In this document: in pieces, positions 55,935 through 64,000 of the stretch
Position numbering within the stretch: position 1 is the first letter of the stretch
Layout: each line of letters opens with the position of its first letter
DNA from: an uncultured Microthrixaceae bacterium
GTDB taxonomy: Bacteria > Actinomycetota > Acidimicrobiia > Acidimicrobiales > DATDAH01
Assembly (NCBI GenBank): GCA_963725155.1
Contig: CAVRXU010000002.1
Span: 994,581 to 1,058,580, forward strand
DNA: 64,000 nt
Direction: 5' to 3'
Translations under genes and position numbers: made by a program
Notes under the pieces: generated by a model
Database searches by the model: none
Seen by the model: only the letters and a program-made list of their open reading frames with translations
Told to the model about the DNA's origin: nothing

Positions 55935-56924
55935 TCAGATGGTCGAGGTGGCCAGGAGGGCGATGGTCAGGCCGGCGACGGCGAACCGGTACCAGGCGAA
56001 GATCGAGAGATCGTGGCCCTTCAGGTAGCCCACCAGCCAACGGATGGCGAGCAGGGCGGACCCGAAGGCGAAGGCGGCACCGACCAGCGGGTCGGCGACG
56101 CCGAACTCGTCGACGAGGGTGCCGCCGTCCTTCAGCAGGGTGAACGCTGTGGCCGCGGAAAGGGTGGCGAAGCCCAGCAGGAAGCTGAACTCCACCGCTG
56201 CGGGCATCGCCACCCCCACCAGCAGCGCGCCGATGATGGTGGCCAGGGAGCGGCTGGTGCCGGGCCAGAGGGCGGCGCACTGGGCGACGCCGATGATGAG
56301 CGCCTGGCGGTACGTGATGTCCGTCAGCCGGGGCCGCTCGGCCGCTTCCGGCGTCGCGCCGCGGGGGATGTGGCCGGTGCGCTGCAGGACCAGGATCAGC
56401 GCGCCGCCGATGATCCAGGCGATGACGACCGGCCCCGGGCCGAACAGCGCGTCCTCGATCGGGTTGTTGAAGACGGCGCCGAGCACGGCCGACGGGATGA
56501 AGGCGATGACCAGGATGACGAACAGGTGGCGCCCGTCGGGGTTCTGCCCGGCGATGCCCTGGAGCATCTCGACGAACCGGCGCCAGAACAGGGCGACCAC
56601 CGCCAGGATGGCGCCGAACTGGATGGCGATGGCGTAGGCGTTCAGGGCCTCGAGGCCGGCGCTGCCCTCCTCCGACGGGAGGTCGAGCAGCCGCGAGGCG
56701 ACGAGCAGGTGCCCGGTCGACGAGATGGGCAGGAACTCGGTGATGCCCTCGACCACCCCGAGGATCGCCGCCTTTCCCCACGTCATCTGGCTGCCGACGG
56801 TCGCGGTCGTCTCCGCCACCGCGGCCGCCCCGACCGGGCTGGCGAGCACGAGCACGACAGCGCCCACCAGCACCGGGGCGGCCAGGAGGCGCGTACGGAT
56901 GCCGGAAGGCGACGTCAAGGGCAC
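55935..56924 (-). CDS. uppP: Undecaprenyl-diphosphate phosphatase (start uncertain)
   Basis: GVVEGITEFLPISSTGH, IQFGAILAV, PGTSRS, EFSFLL. Confidence 0.93.
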   Translation of the reverse strand: MPLTSPSGIRTRLLAAPVLVGAVVLVLASPVGAAAVAETTATVGSQMTWGKAAILGVVEGITEFLPISSTGHLLVASRLLDLPSEEGSAGLEALNAYAIAIQFGAILAVVALFWRRFVEMLQGIAGQNPDGRHLFVILVIAFIPSAVLGAVFNNPIEDALFGPGPVVIAWIIGGALILVLQRTGHIPRGATPEAAERPRLTDITYRQALIIGVAQCAALWPGTSRSLATIIGALLVGVAMPAAVEFSFLLGFATLSAATAFTLLKDGGTLVDEFGVADPLVGAAFAFGSALLAIRWLVGYLKGHDLSIFAWYRFAVAGLTIALLATSTI

Positions 56925-56988
56925 ACGGCAGTTTCCGCCACACCGTGCTGCGGGCGCCATTCGCCCGGTTGGACGAACCTGGGGCAGG

Positions 56989-57495
56989 TCAGTCGGGGGG
57001 CGGCTCAATGGCCAGATCGGCGACGACCTCGGCCCCCAACGCGGTCAGCACCTGGGGTGAGGCCCTGATCTTGGTGCTGCGGTCGCCGCCACCGAGGACG
57101 ACCCACTCGGCGTCCATGACCCGGGCGTCGACCCACAGGGGCATCCCGTCGGGTAGCGCGGCGGCGGTGACGCCGCCGATGAGCATCCCGGTCAGCTCCC
57201 GGGTCTCGTCGGCCGAGGCGAACGAGGCCTTCTTCACGTCGAGGCGGTGGCGCACCGCGTTGTTGACGTCGAGCCGAGTGTGGGCCAGGACGACGCAGGC
57301 CACGTAGACCTTGTCGCCCCCGCCCCGGGGCTTGCCTGCCACCAGGATGGTGTTGGCCGACTGCTCCACCGGGACGCCATAGTGCTCGCAGAAGGCAGCG
57401 GTGTCGGCCAGCTCGGGGTCGCAGTCCATGACCTCGTAGTCGACGCCGGTGCCGTCGAGCGCCTCACGGACCTGTGCTCCCGGATCTCCCGTCAT
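56989..57495 (-). CDS. YbaK/ProX aminoacyl-tRNA editing domain protein
   Basis: ADTAAF, ASFA...T..LTGM.IGGVT, GGGDRS.KI. Confidence 0.85.
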   Translation of the reverse strand: MTGDPGAQVREALDGTGVDYEVMDCDPELADTAAFCEHYGVPVEQSANTILVAGKPRGGGDKVYVACVVLAHTRLDVNNAVRHRLDVKKASFASADETRELTGMLIGGVTAAALPDGMPLWVDARVMDAEWVVLGGGDRSTKIRASPQVLTALGAEVVADLAIEPPPD

Positions 57496-58150
57496 CGGGG
57501 GCGAAGGTATCGGGAGGCGTGAGGGCGAGGGTGATCGTGGCCTGCGACAGGGCGAAGGCGACCCGCGGCGTCTCGGCTTCGGTGACGGCCACGGTGATCG
57601 ACCGGGCCCGCACGGTGACGACGGTGGCGGCCCGGGCCACGGTCACGGTGGGGTCCTCGCCCGCGGGGGCGACGAGGGGGTCGAAGGTGGCCAACAGGTC
57701 GACGCGGTCACCGACGCGTACGCCGAGGGCGCCCGGTCCGGTCGGTAGGGCCAGGGCCCGGCTGCCCGGCGGCACCAGGCGGTCGGCGCCGAGCCGGGCC
57801 TCGACCACCGGCTCGCCGGCGAGGATCGCCTGGCTCACCACCTGACCGTCGGGCACGGTGGTCAGCGCCCCGGCAGGGACGAGCGCCGCAGGCCACGGGC
57901 GCAGTTGGACCGTCTCAGGACCGGCCATGGCCCCGGCGGCCAGGTCGACGGCGGCCACGACGACACGGACGGGCTCGCCGAAGCGGCGGGCGTCGGCCTG
58001 GGCGCGGCTGAGGCCGGACTCGAGGACGAGGCCGACGGACAGCGACAGCCCGACGACGGCCAGCCACCAGAGCACGGGTCGGCGTCGCAGCCGGAGCCGG
58101 GCCCGCCAGAGCGCGAGCGGACGGAGGGGAGAGGGACGAGGTCGCCGCAC
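57464..58150 (-). CDS. SAF-domain / CpaB-like protein
   Basis: TM, VVVAA.DL.AG, P.GAL, I.AGEP, GDRVDL. Confidence 0.8.
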   Translation of the reverse strand: MRRPRPSPLRPLALWRARLRLRRRPVLWWLAVVGLSLSVGLVLESGLSRAQADARRFGEPVRVVVAAVDLAAGAMAGPETVQLRPWPAALVPAGALTTVPDGQVVSQAILAGEPVVEARLGADRLVPPGSRALALPTGPGALGVRVGDRVDLLATFDPLVAPAGEDPTVTVARAATVVTVRARSITVAVTEAETPRVAFALSQATITLALTPPDTFAPDDGRSGSTGP

Positions 58151-58215
58151 GGCGCGCCTCCTTCGCGAGGGTGACTCAGCGGGGGAAGCGCCACCCGCAG
58201 CGTAGAAGGCCGCCG

Positions 58216-58345
58216 CCCGATCTCGTTCTGGTTGCACCCAGCCGCGGTGGGTCGCGGGGAGGTGCAACCAGAAGGCGCGGCGTTCTCGTTCTGGTTGCAC
58301 CCAGCCGCGGTGGGTCGCGGGGAGGTGCAACCAGAACGATCGGGG
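58216..58345. repeat. Tandem pair (63-bp period) of REP/MITE-like palindromes
   Basis: Identical 53-bp tctcgttctggttgcacc..ggtgcaaccagaa at 58221 and 58284, flanked by cccgatc/gatcggg. Confidence 0.9.
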
Positions 58346-58354
58346 GGTCGGGAG

Positions 58355-59164
58355 TCAGGCCGACGGGGTCTCGGGCTCCAGGCCGCCGGCGCCGTCGAGG
58401 CACCGGCAGGCCCGGCTCGACGGGATGGCGTCGATGGCCCGGAAGAGGAGCCTGCGGACCCGGTCGTTGTTGTCGGCCATGACGGCGAAGACCTCGTCCA
58501 TGGTCACGGCCCGCTCGCGGATCCCCTCGACGCCGACGTCGTAGTCGGTGATCAGGGCCACGGCGGCGTAGCAGAGGCCCAGCTCCCGGGCCAGAGCGGC
58601 CTCGGGGTACTGCGTCATGTTGACGACCGACCAACCAGCGGCGGCGAACCACGCTGACTCGGCCCGGGTGGAGAACCGAGGGCCCTCGATCACCACGACC
58701 GTCCCGCCGTCGTGGACGGTGATGTCCTCGGCCCGCCCCGCCTCCAGGGCCACGGCCTGCAGCTCGGGGCAGTACGGGTCGGCGAAGCTCATGTGGTTGA
58801 TCGTCGGCCCGTCGAAGAACGTGTGGTCCCGGCCCGACGTGCGGTCGACGAGCTGGTCGCAGACGACGAAGTCGCCCGGCGCCACGCCGGCCTGCAGTGA
58901 CCCCGAGGCGCAGGGCCCGAGCACGCGGGTCACCCCCAGCTCCCGCATGGCCCAGACGTTGGCCCGGTAGGGGACCCGGTGCGGGGGAAAGCGGTGGTCG
59001 GCCCCGTGGCGGGGGAGAAAGGCGACCGACCGCCCCTCCAGGCTCCCGACGTGGACGGCGTCAGACGGAGGCCCGAAGGGGGTGTCGACCTCGATCCGCT
59101 CCACGTCGGCGAGCAGCGAGTACAGGCCCGACCCGCCGAACACCCCGATCTCGGCCGTGGTCAC
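58355..59164 (-). CDS. mtnP: S-methyl-5'-thioadenosine phosphorylase
   Basis: GGSGLY, TPFG.PS, PRHG..H, GPRFSTRAES, NMT..PEA.LAREL, TDYD. Confidence 0.93.
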   Translation of the reverse strand: MTTAEIGVFGGSGLYSLLADVERIEVDTPFGPPSDAVHVGSLEGRSVAFLPRHGADHRFPPHRVPYRANVWAMRELGVTRVLGPCASGSLQAGVAPGDFVVCDQLVDRTSGRDHTFFDGPTINHMSFADPYCPELQAVALEAGRAEDITVHDGGTVVVIEGPRFSTRAESAWFAAAGWSVVNMTQYPEAALARELGLCYAAVALITDYDVGVEGIRERAVTMDEVFAVMADNNDRVRRLLFRAIDAIPSSRACRCLDGAGGLEPETPSA

Positions 59165-59174
59165 GGCCGAGACC

Positions 59175-59543
59175 CTATTTCTTCGTCGTGGCCTTCTTCT
59201 CGGACGAGGACGAGGTGTTCTTCTTGTCCGACGACGAGCTGGACGAGTTGCTGTCCGAGGACGAGTTCGACGAGGTCTTGGCGTCGGAGGAGGAGCTGGA
59301 CTTGTCGGCCTTGTCCGCCTTCTCTGTCGACGAGCCGGCCGTCGCCGAGGACTTGCCGTTGCTCGAACGACTGTCGGTCTTGTAGAAGCCGCTGCCCTTG
59401 AACGCGATCCCGACCGGCGAGAAGACCTTGCGCAGGGCCTTCTTCCTGCAGCTGGGGCACTTGGTGAGGGCGTCGTCGGTGAAGGATTGGACGACCTCCA
59501 GCTGGTGGCCGCAGTCCCGACACTTGTACTCGTAGGTGGGCAT
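59175..59543 (-). CDS. FmdB-family zinc-ribbon protein with Ser-rich tail (Rv0991c/Ruc-like)
   Basis: MPTYEYKC..CG, CP.C, FKGSGFYKTD, Ser/Lys-rich tail. Confidence 0.92.
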   Translation of the reverse strand: MPTYEYKCRDCGHQLEVVQSFTDDALTKCPSCRKKALRKVFSPVGIAFKGSGFYKTDSRSSNGKSSATAGSSTEKADKADKSSSSSDAKTSSNSSSDSNSSSSSSDKKNTSSSSEKKATTKK

Positions 59544-59583
59544 GGGGGGCTCCGCCTCTGGCTGATCCGTTGTGGGCGGAGCG

Positions 59584-59610
59584 TTGGCACTCTGACCCGT
59601 CGAGTGCCAA
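59584..59610. promoter_or_regulatory. CIRCE element (HrcA operator)
   Basis: TTGGCACTC-N9-GAGTGCCAA versus consensus TTAGCACTC-N9-GAGTGCTAA. Confidence 0.9.
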
Positions 59611-59636
59611 GGATACCCGGTCATACGATGACGCCC

Positions 59637-60236
59637 ATGCTCGGCGCACGCCTGGTCGTCGTGGTCGCCGCCTACCTTTTGGGGACCTTCCCGACCGCGG
59701 CCCTGATCGGCCGGGTGACCGGCCACGATCCGACGGCCGAGGGCTCGGGCAACCCGGGGGCGACCAACGTCCTGCGGACATCCGGACGGTGGGCGGGGGC
59801 GGCGGTGCTCGCCGTCGACGTGGCCAAGGGCGCGCTGGCCGCCGGCCTCGGCCTCCTGGTCGGTGACCACACCCTGGGCGTGATCACCGGGGCCGCCGCC
59901 GTGCTCGGCCACGTCGCCCCGGTCAGCCGTCGCTTCCGGGGCGGCAAGGGAGTGGCCACCGCGGCCGGGGCCAGCGCCGTGGTCTTTCCCGTCCTCAGCC
60001 TGATCCTCGGCGTCGTCTTTGTCATCACAGTGGCTATCACGCGGCGGGTGTCAGTAGGTTCGCTGGTCCTGGCGCTCCTGCTCCCCGTGGGCGTGGCGCT
60101 GGGTGGGTGGTCGGGGATCGAGGTTCTGGTCACTGCCGGGGTCAGCCTGGTGGTCATCGCCCGCCACCACGAGAACATCCGACGACTGATCCGACGAGAG
60201 GAAGCACCTGTGTTGCGTGCCGGGGAGAGCTCATGA
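59637..60236 (+). CDS. plsY: Glycerol-3-phosphate acyltransferase PlsY
   Basis: YLLG..P, GSGNPGATN..R, D..KG, GH, FRGGKGVAT, RH..NI.RL; TACGAT-N7-ATG. Confidence 0.93.
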   Translation: MLGARLVVVVAAYLLGTFPTAALIGRVTGHDPTAEGSGNPGATNVLRTSGRWAGAAVLAVDVAKGALAAGLGLLVGDHTLGVITGAAAVLGHVAPVSRRFRGGKGVATAAGASAVVFPVLSLILGVVFVITVAITRRVSVGSLVLALLLPVGVALGGWSGIEVLVTAGVSLVVIARHHENIRRLIRREEAPVLRAGESS

Positions 60237-61111
60237 GCGCCGTGACCAAGGCGGTGATCCCTGCCGCCGGGCTGGGCACCCGCTTCCTGCCGGCCACGAA
60301 GGCCCAGCCCAAGGAGATGCTCCCGGTCGTCGACCGCCCCGCCATCCAGTACGTGGTGGAGGAAGCCGTGAAGGCCGGCATCGACGACATCCTCATCATC
60401 ACCGGTCGGGGCAAGCGCAGTCTCGAGGACCACTTCGACCGGAACTTCGAGTTGGAGCACCAGCTCCACGAGAAGGGCAAGGCCGAGGACCTGATCGAGA
60501 TCCGCCAACTGGCCGACCTGGCCGACATCCACTACGTCCGCCAGGGGGAGGCTCTGGGCCTCGGCCATGCCGTCTCGATCGCCCGCAAGCACGTGGGCGA
60601 CAACCCCTTCGTGGTCATGTTGGGCGACGACATCATGGTCGACGGGGCTGAGCTGCTGACCTCGATGATCGGGGCCTACCGGGAGCAGCAGGCCTCGGTG
60701 ATCGCCCTGCTCGAGGTTCCCCACGAGGACATCTCGGCCTACGGCTGCGTCCGCCCCGAACGGGTGTCGGACCGCCTGGTCAAGGTCCTCGACATCGTCG
60801 AGAAGCCAGAGCCGGCCAACGCCCCGTCGAACCTGGCCGTGGTCGGGCGCTACGTCCTGACCCCGGAGATCTTCGACGTCCTCGACGGCGTCCAGCCCGG
60901 CTACGGCGGGGAGATCCAGCTCACCGACGCCCTCGCCGTGCTGGCCAAGAGCCAGGGCGTGTTCGGCTACACGTTCGACCAGGGTCGCTACGACATCGGA
61001 AAGAAGATCGACTACCTGCGGGCCACCGTGGAACTGGCGCTTCAGCGCGAGGACCTGGGCCCCGCCTTCCGAGAGTTCCTGCGAGGCCTGGCCCGGCGCG
61101 AGGGCTGGTGA
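60233..61111 (+). CDS. galU: UTP-glucose-1-phosphate uridylyltransferase
   Basis: KAVIPAAGLGTRFLPATKA.PKEMLP, RQ....GLGHA, VEKP, GEIQLTD. Confidence 0.96.
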   Translation: MSAVTKAVIPAAGLGTRFLPATKAQPKEMLPVVDRPAIQYVVEEAVKAGIDDILIITGRGKRSLEDHFDRNFELEHQLHEKGKAEDLIEIRQLADLADIHYVRQGEALGLGHAVSIARKHVGDNPFVVMLGDDIMVDGAELLTSMIGAYREQQASVIALLEVPHEDISAYGCVRPERVSDRLVKVLDIVEKPEPANAPSNLAVVGRYVLTPEIFDVLDGVQPGYGGEIQLTDALAVLAKSQGVFGYTFDQGRYDIGKKIDYLRATVELALQREDLGPAFREFLRGLARREGW

Positions 61112-61127
61112 CCACGGTGGCCCCGCG

Positions 61128-62351
61128 GTGATCTCACCCGAGGACGCCCGGGCCCACGTCCTGTCCCGAGTCCCCCTCCTGGCCTCGACCTCGGTGCCGC
61201 TCGTCGACGCCGTCGGGTGCGTGACGTCGGAGGCGGTCACCGCCGGCGACGCCATCCCGTCCTTCGACAACACCGCGATGGACGGGTATGCGCTGCGGGC
61301 GGCCGACGTGGCCCAGGCCACCGAGGACGCCCCGGCCCGCCTCGAGGTCATCGGGACCTTGGCCGCGGGCACCAGCGCCCGCCCCGAGATCGGTCCTGGC
61401 CAGGCGGCCCGCATCATGACCGGGGCCCCGGTGCCCCCGGGGGCCGACGCCATCGTCATGGTCGAGCTCACGGATCGGGACGGCGACGACGGCGTGCTCG
61501 TCCGGTCGGCCGTGCCCGCCGGCAATCACGTGCGCCGGGTCGGCGAGGACGTCGAGGTGGGCGATGTGGTCGTGGCCGAGGGCACGGTCCTGACCCCGGC
61601 CCACATCGGGGTGCTGGCCAGCGTCGGTCGCGAAGCCGTCACCGTGCGGCGCCCGCCCCGGGTCGGCGTGCTGTCCACCGGCGACGAGTTGGTGACGGCC
61701 CCGGCGCCGCTCGCGTTCGGTCAGATCCGGGACTCCAACCGCCCGATGCTCCTGGCCGAGGTGGCGGCCAGCGGGTTCGATGCGGTCAACTTGGGCACGG
61801 TTCCCGACGACGAGGCCGTCCTCACCACGACGCTCGCCGAGGCTGCCGCCTCCTGCGACGCCGTCGTCACCTCGGGCGGCGTCAGCGTCGGCGACTTCGA
61901 CCTCATGAAGCAGGTGCTGGACACGCTGGGCGACATGAAGTGGATGCAGATCGCCATCCGTCCGGCCAAGCCCTTCGCCTTCGGCCTGGTCGGCGGCACA
62001 CCGGTGTTCGGCCTGCCCGGCAACCCCGTGTCGTCCCTGGTGTCGTTCGAGCTGTTCGCTCGTCCCGCCCTGCGCTCGATGATGGGCCACCCCCGCCTCG
62101 ACCGCCCCCGCGTCCAGGCCGTGGCCGACGCCGACTTCGGTCGTCGGCCCGACGGGAAGACCCACTTCGTCCGCGTGGTGGCCGCCTATCGCGACGGCGC
62201 GTTCCACGTCAGCCCGGTCGGGGGCCAGGGCAGTCACCACCTCGCCGCCATGGCCTCGGCCAACGCCCTGGCGGTGGTGGAGGACGGTGACGGCGTGGCC
62301 GAAGGCGAGATGTTGAGTGTCATCCCGCTCGAAGACGTGCCCACGGGCTGA
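61128..62351 (+). CDS. moeA: Molybdopterin molybdotransferase
   Basis: AMDGYA, RIMTGAP.P.GAD, STGDEL, SGGVSVGD.D, LPGNPVS. Confidence 0.95.
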   Translation: MISPEDARAHVLSRVPLLASTSVPLVDAVGCVTSEAVTAGDAIPSFDNTAMDGYALRAADVAQATEDAPARLEVIGTLAAGTSARPEIGPGQAARIMTGAPVPPGADAIVMVELTDRDGDDGVLVRSAVPAGNHVRRVGEDVEVGDVVVAEGTVLTPAHIGVLASVGREAVTVRRPPRVGVLSTGDELVTAPAPLAFGQIRDSNRPMLLAEVAASGFDAVNLGTVPDDEAVLTTTLAEAAASCDAVVTSGGVSVGDFDLMKQVLDTLGDMKWMQIAIRPAKPFAFGLVGGTPVFGLPGNPVSSLVSFELFARPALRSMMGHPRLDRPRVQAVADADFGRRPDGKTHFVRVVAAYRDGAFHVSPVGGQGSHHLAAMASANALAVVEDGDGVAEGEMLSVIPLEDVPTG

Positions 62352-62394
62352 GGAACGGATGCGGGTCGGGGCGAGGCCCCCGTAGGGTGGAGGC

Positions 62395-63378
62395 GTGGGG
62401 CAGCCGCTGGTGGACTCGTTCGGTCGTGTGCACCGAGACCTGCGCATCTCGGTCACCGACCGCTGCAACTTCCGTTGCGTCTACTGCATGCCCGAGGAAG
62501 GCATGGACTGGACGCCCCGGGACGAGATCCTCACGTTCGAGGAGATCGAGCGCATCGCCCGGGTCCTGGTCGACCGCTTCTCCTTCGACTCGATCCGCCT
62601 GACCGGGGGCGAGCCGACGGTCCGGGCCCGCCTGCCGGTCCTGGTGAAGAAGCTGTCCGCCCTCGGTGTGGACATGGCCATGACGACGAACGGGGCCACG
62701 CTGGGGCTGCTCGCCGACGATCTGGCCGCGGCCGGACTGAACCGCATCAACATCTCGCTCGACTCGCTCAAGGCCGACCGCTTCCTGCAGCTCACCCGCC
62801 GCGACGCGCTGGGCCAGGTCCTCGACGGCATCGACGCCGCCGTGACCGCCGGGTTCGCCCCGGTGAAGGTGAACGTCGTCCTGATGCGGGGCATCAACGA
62901 CGACGAGATCGTGGACTTCGCCACCTTCGGGCGCGAGCGGGGCGTACAGGTCCGCTTCATCGAGTTCATGCCCCTCGACGCCGACGGCGCGTGGCAGGCC
63001 GAGCAGGTGGTCAGCCGGGACGAGATCGTGGCCGCCATCGAGCCCGTGTACCCCCTCGAGGCGATCACCCGTGACCATCACCCCGCCGAGCTCTACCGCT
63101 ACTCGGACGGTGCGGGCGAGATCGGCATCATCCCGTCGGTCACCGACGCCTTCTGCGGGTCCTGTGACCGGGTCCGGCTCACGGCCGAGGGCGGCCTGCG
63201 CAACTGCCTCTTCGCCCTCGAGGAGGAGGACCTGCGCGGATTGCTGCGGAGCGGCGGCACCGACGATGACCTGGCCGCCGCGGTCGTGGCCAACATCGGG
63301 GCCAAATGGGCGGGCCACCAGATCAACCAGGTGCACTTCATCCGGCCGGCCCGCTCGATGAGCCAGATCGGCGGCTGA
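62395..63378 (+). CDS. moaA: GTP 3',8-cyclase
   Basis: LRISVTDRCNFRCVYC, LTGGEP, RFIEFMP, FC..C.R.R, terminal IGG. Confidence 0.97.
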   Translation: MGQPLVDSFGRVHRDLRISVTDRCNFRCVYCMPEEGMDWTPRDEILTFEEIERIARVLVDRFSFDSIRLTGGEPTVRARLPVLVKKLSALGVDMAMTTNGATLGLLADDLAAAGLNRINISLDSLKADRFLQLTRRDALGQVLDGIDAAVTAGFAPVKVNVVLMRGINDDEIVDFATFGRERGVQVRFIEFMPLDADGAWQAEQVVSRDEIVAAIEPVYPLEAITRDHHPAELYRYSDGAGEIGIIPSVTDAFCGSCDRVRLTAEGGLRNCLFALEEEDLRGLLRSGGTDDDLAAAVVANIGAKWAGHQINQVHFIRPARSMSQIGG

Positions 63379-63423
63379 GGCCACCTTCGGCCGACCGGGG
63401 GTCTGCTCACTAGGCTCGCGCCC

Positions 63424-63930
63424 ATGAGCGACGTCGGCCTGACCCATCTCGACCCCCTCGGTCGCGCCCGCATGGTCGATGTGACGCCCAAGGAGGCCAC
63501 ACACCGCCGGGCCATTGCCCGGGGACGGGTCTTCATGAAGCCCGAGACCACCTCACTGGTCGCCCGGGGGGCGATCACCAAGGGTGACGTCCTGGCCGTG
63601 GCCCGGGTGTCGGGCATCCAGGCGGCGAAGCGCACCGCGGACCTCATCCCCCTCTGCCACCCGTTGTTGGTGGGCTCGGTCCTCGTCAACTTCCGCATCG
63701 AGGACGAGTACGTCGAGATCGAGGCCCAGGTCGAGACCGTGGACCGCACGGGCGTGGAGATGGAGGCCCTGACCGCCTGTTCGGTCGCCGCCCTCACCAT
63801 CTACGACATGTGCAAGTCGGCCGACCGCTCGATGGTCATCGGCGACGTCAGCCTCTGGGAGAAGACCGGCGGCCGTTCCGGGACCTACCGGCGGGCCGAG
63901 ACCGAGGACGCTCCCGTCGCTGACTCCTGA
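63424..63930 (+). CDS. moaC: Cyclic pyranopterin monophosphate synthase
   Basis: LTH....ARMVDV..K, KGDVL, LIPLCHP, TGVEMEAL, YDMCK, K.GG.SG. Confidence 0.97.
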   Translation: MSDVGLTHLDPLGRARMVDVTPKEATHRRAIARGRVFMKPETTSLVARGAITKGDVLAVARVSGIQAAKRTADLIPLCHPLLVGSVLVNFRIEDEYVEIEAQVETVDRTGVEMEALTACSVAALTIYDMCKSADRSMVIGDVSLWEKTGGRSGTYRRAETEDAPVADS

Positions 63931-64000
63931 GTCATTTCGCGATGGCCACGGACTGCTGCCCGATTCGCTAAGGTTGCAGCTTCGTAGTAGAAACGTAATG

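Noticed and set aside
57464-58150. Tad/Flp pilus locus
   Set aside because: Only a lone SAF/CpaB-like gene; no pilin, ATPase or TadB/C in the window
58216-58345. Mini-CRISPR, or coding N-terminal extension of the SAF gene
   Set aside because: Only two 53-bp palindromes 10 bp apart; the family is dispersed elsewhere; the SAF gene more plausibly starts at 58150

Overview
High-GC (~72% by eye) actinobacterial chromosome segment; gene style suggests Acidimicrobiia (inference). About 64 CDS; no rRNA, tRNA, CRISPR, transposase or prophage was recognised. Housekeeping and envelope genes: class A PBP, Rpf-like transglycosylase, three c-di-GMP enzymes, surE, mprAB-like two-component system, nfuA, dxs, tldD plus two pmbA/tldE, uppP, mtnP, plsY, galU, moeA-moaA-moaC. 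The best lead is an archaeal-style herA-sbcD(mre11)-sbcC(rad50)-nurA end-resection operon behind a leaderless PafBC/RecA-NDp-type promoter (TGTCAC-N10-TA-N3-T). The same promoter motif recurs in the convergent nfuA/dxs gap, in front of an unannotated two-hairpin sRNA candidate. Other leads: a catalytically dead HtrA-like protein coupled to the PBP, a tldD-tldE-tldE triplet, a CIRCE-controlled operon, MprA-type boxes, and two REP/MITE-like repeat families. dxs carries many frameshifts and two other genes carry one each, most likely consensus errors. All calls come from motif recognition by eye, with no database searches.
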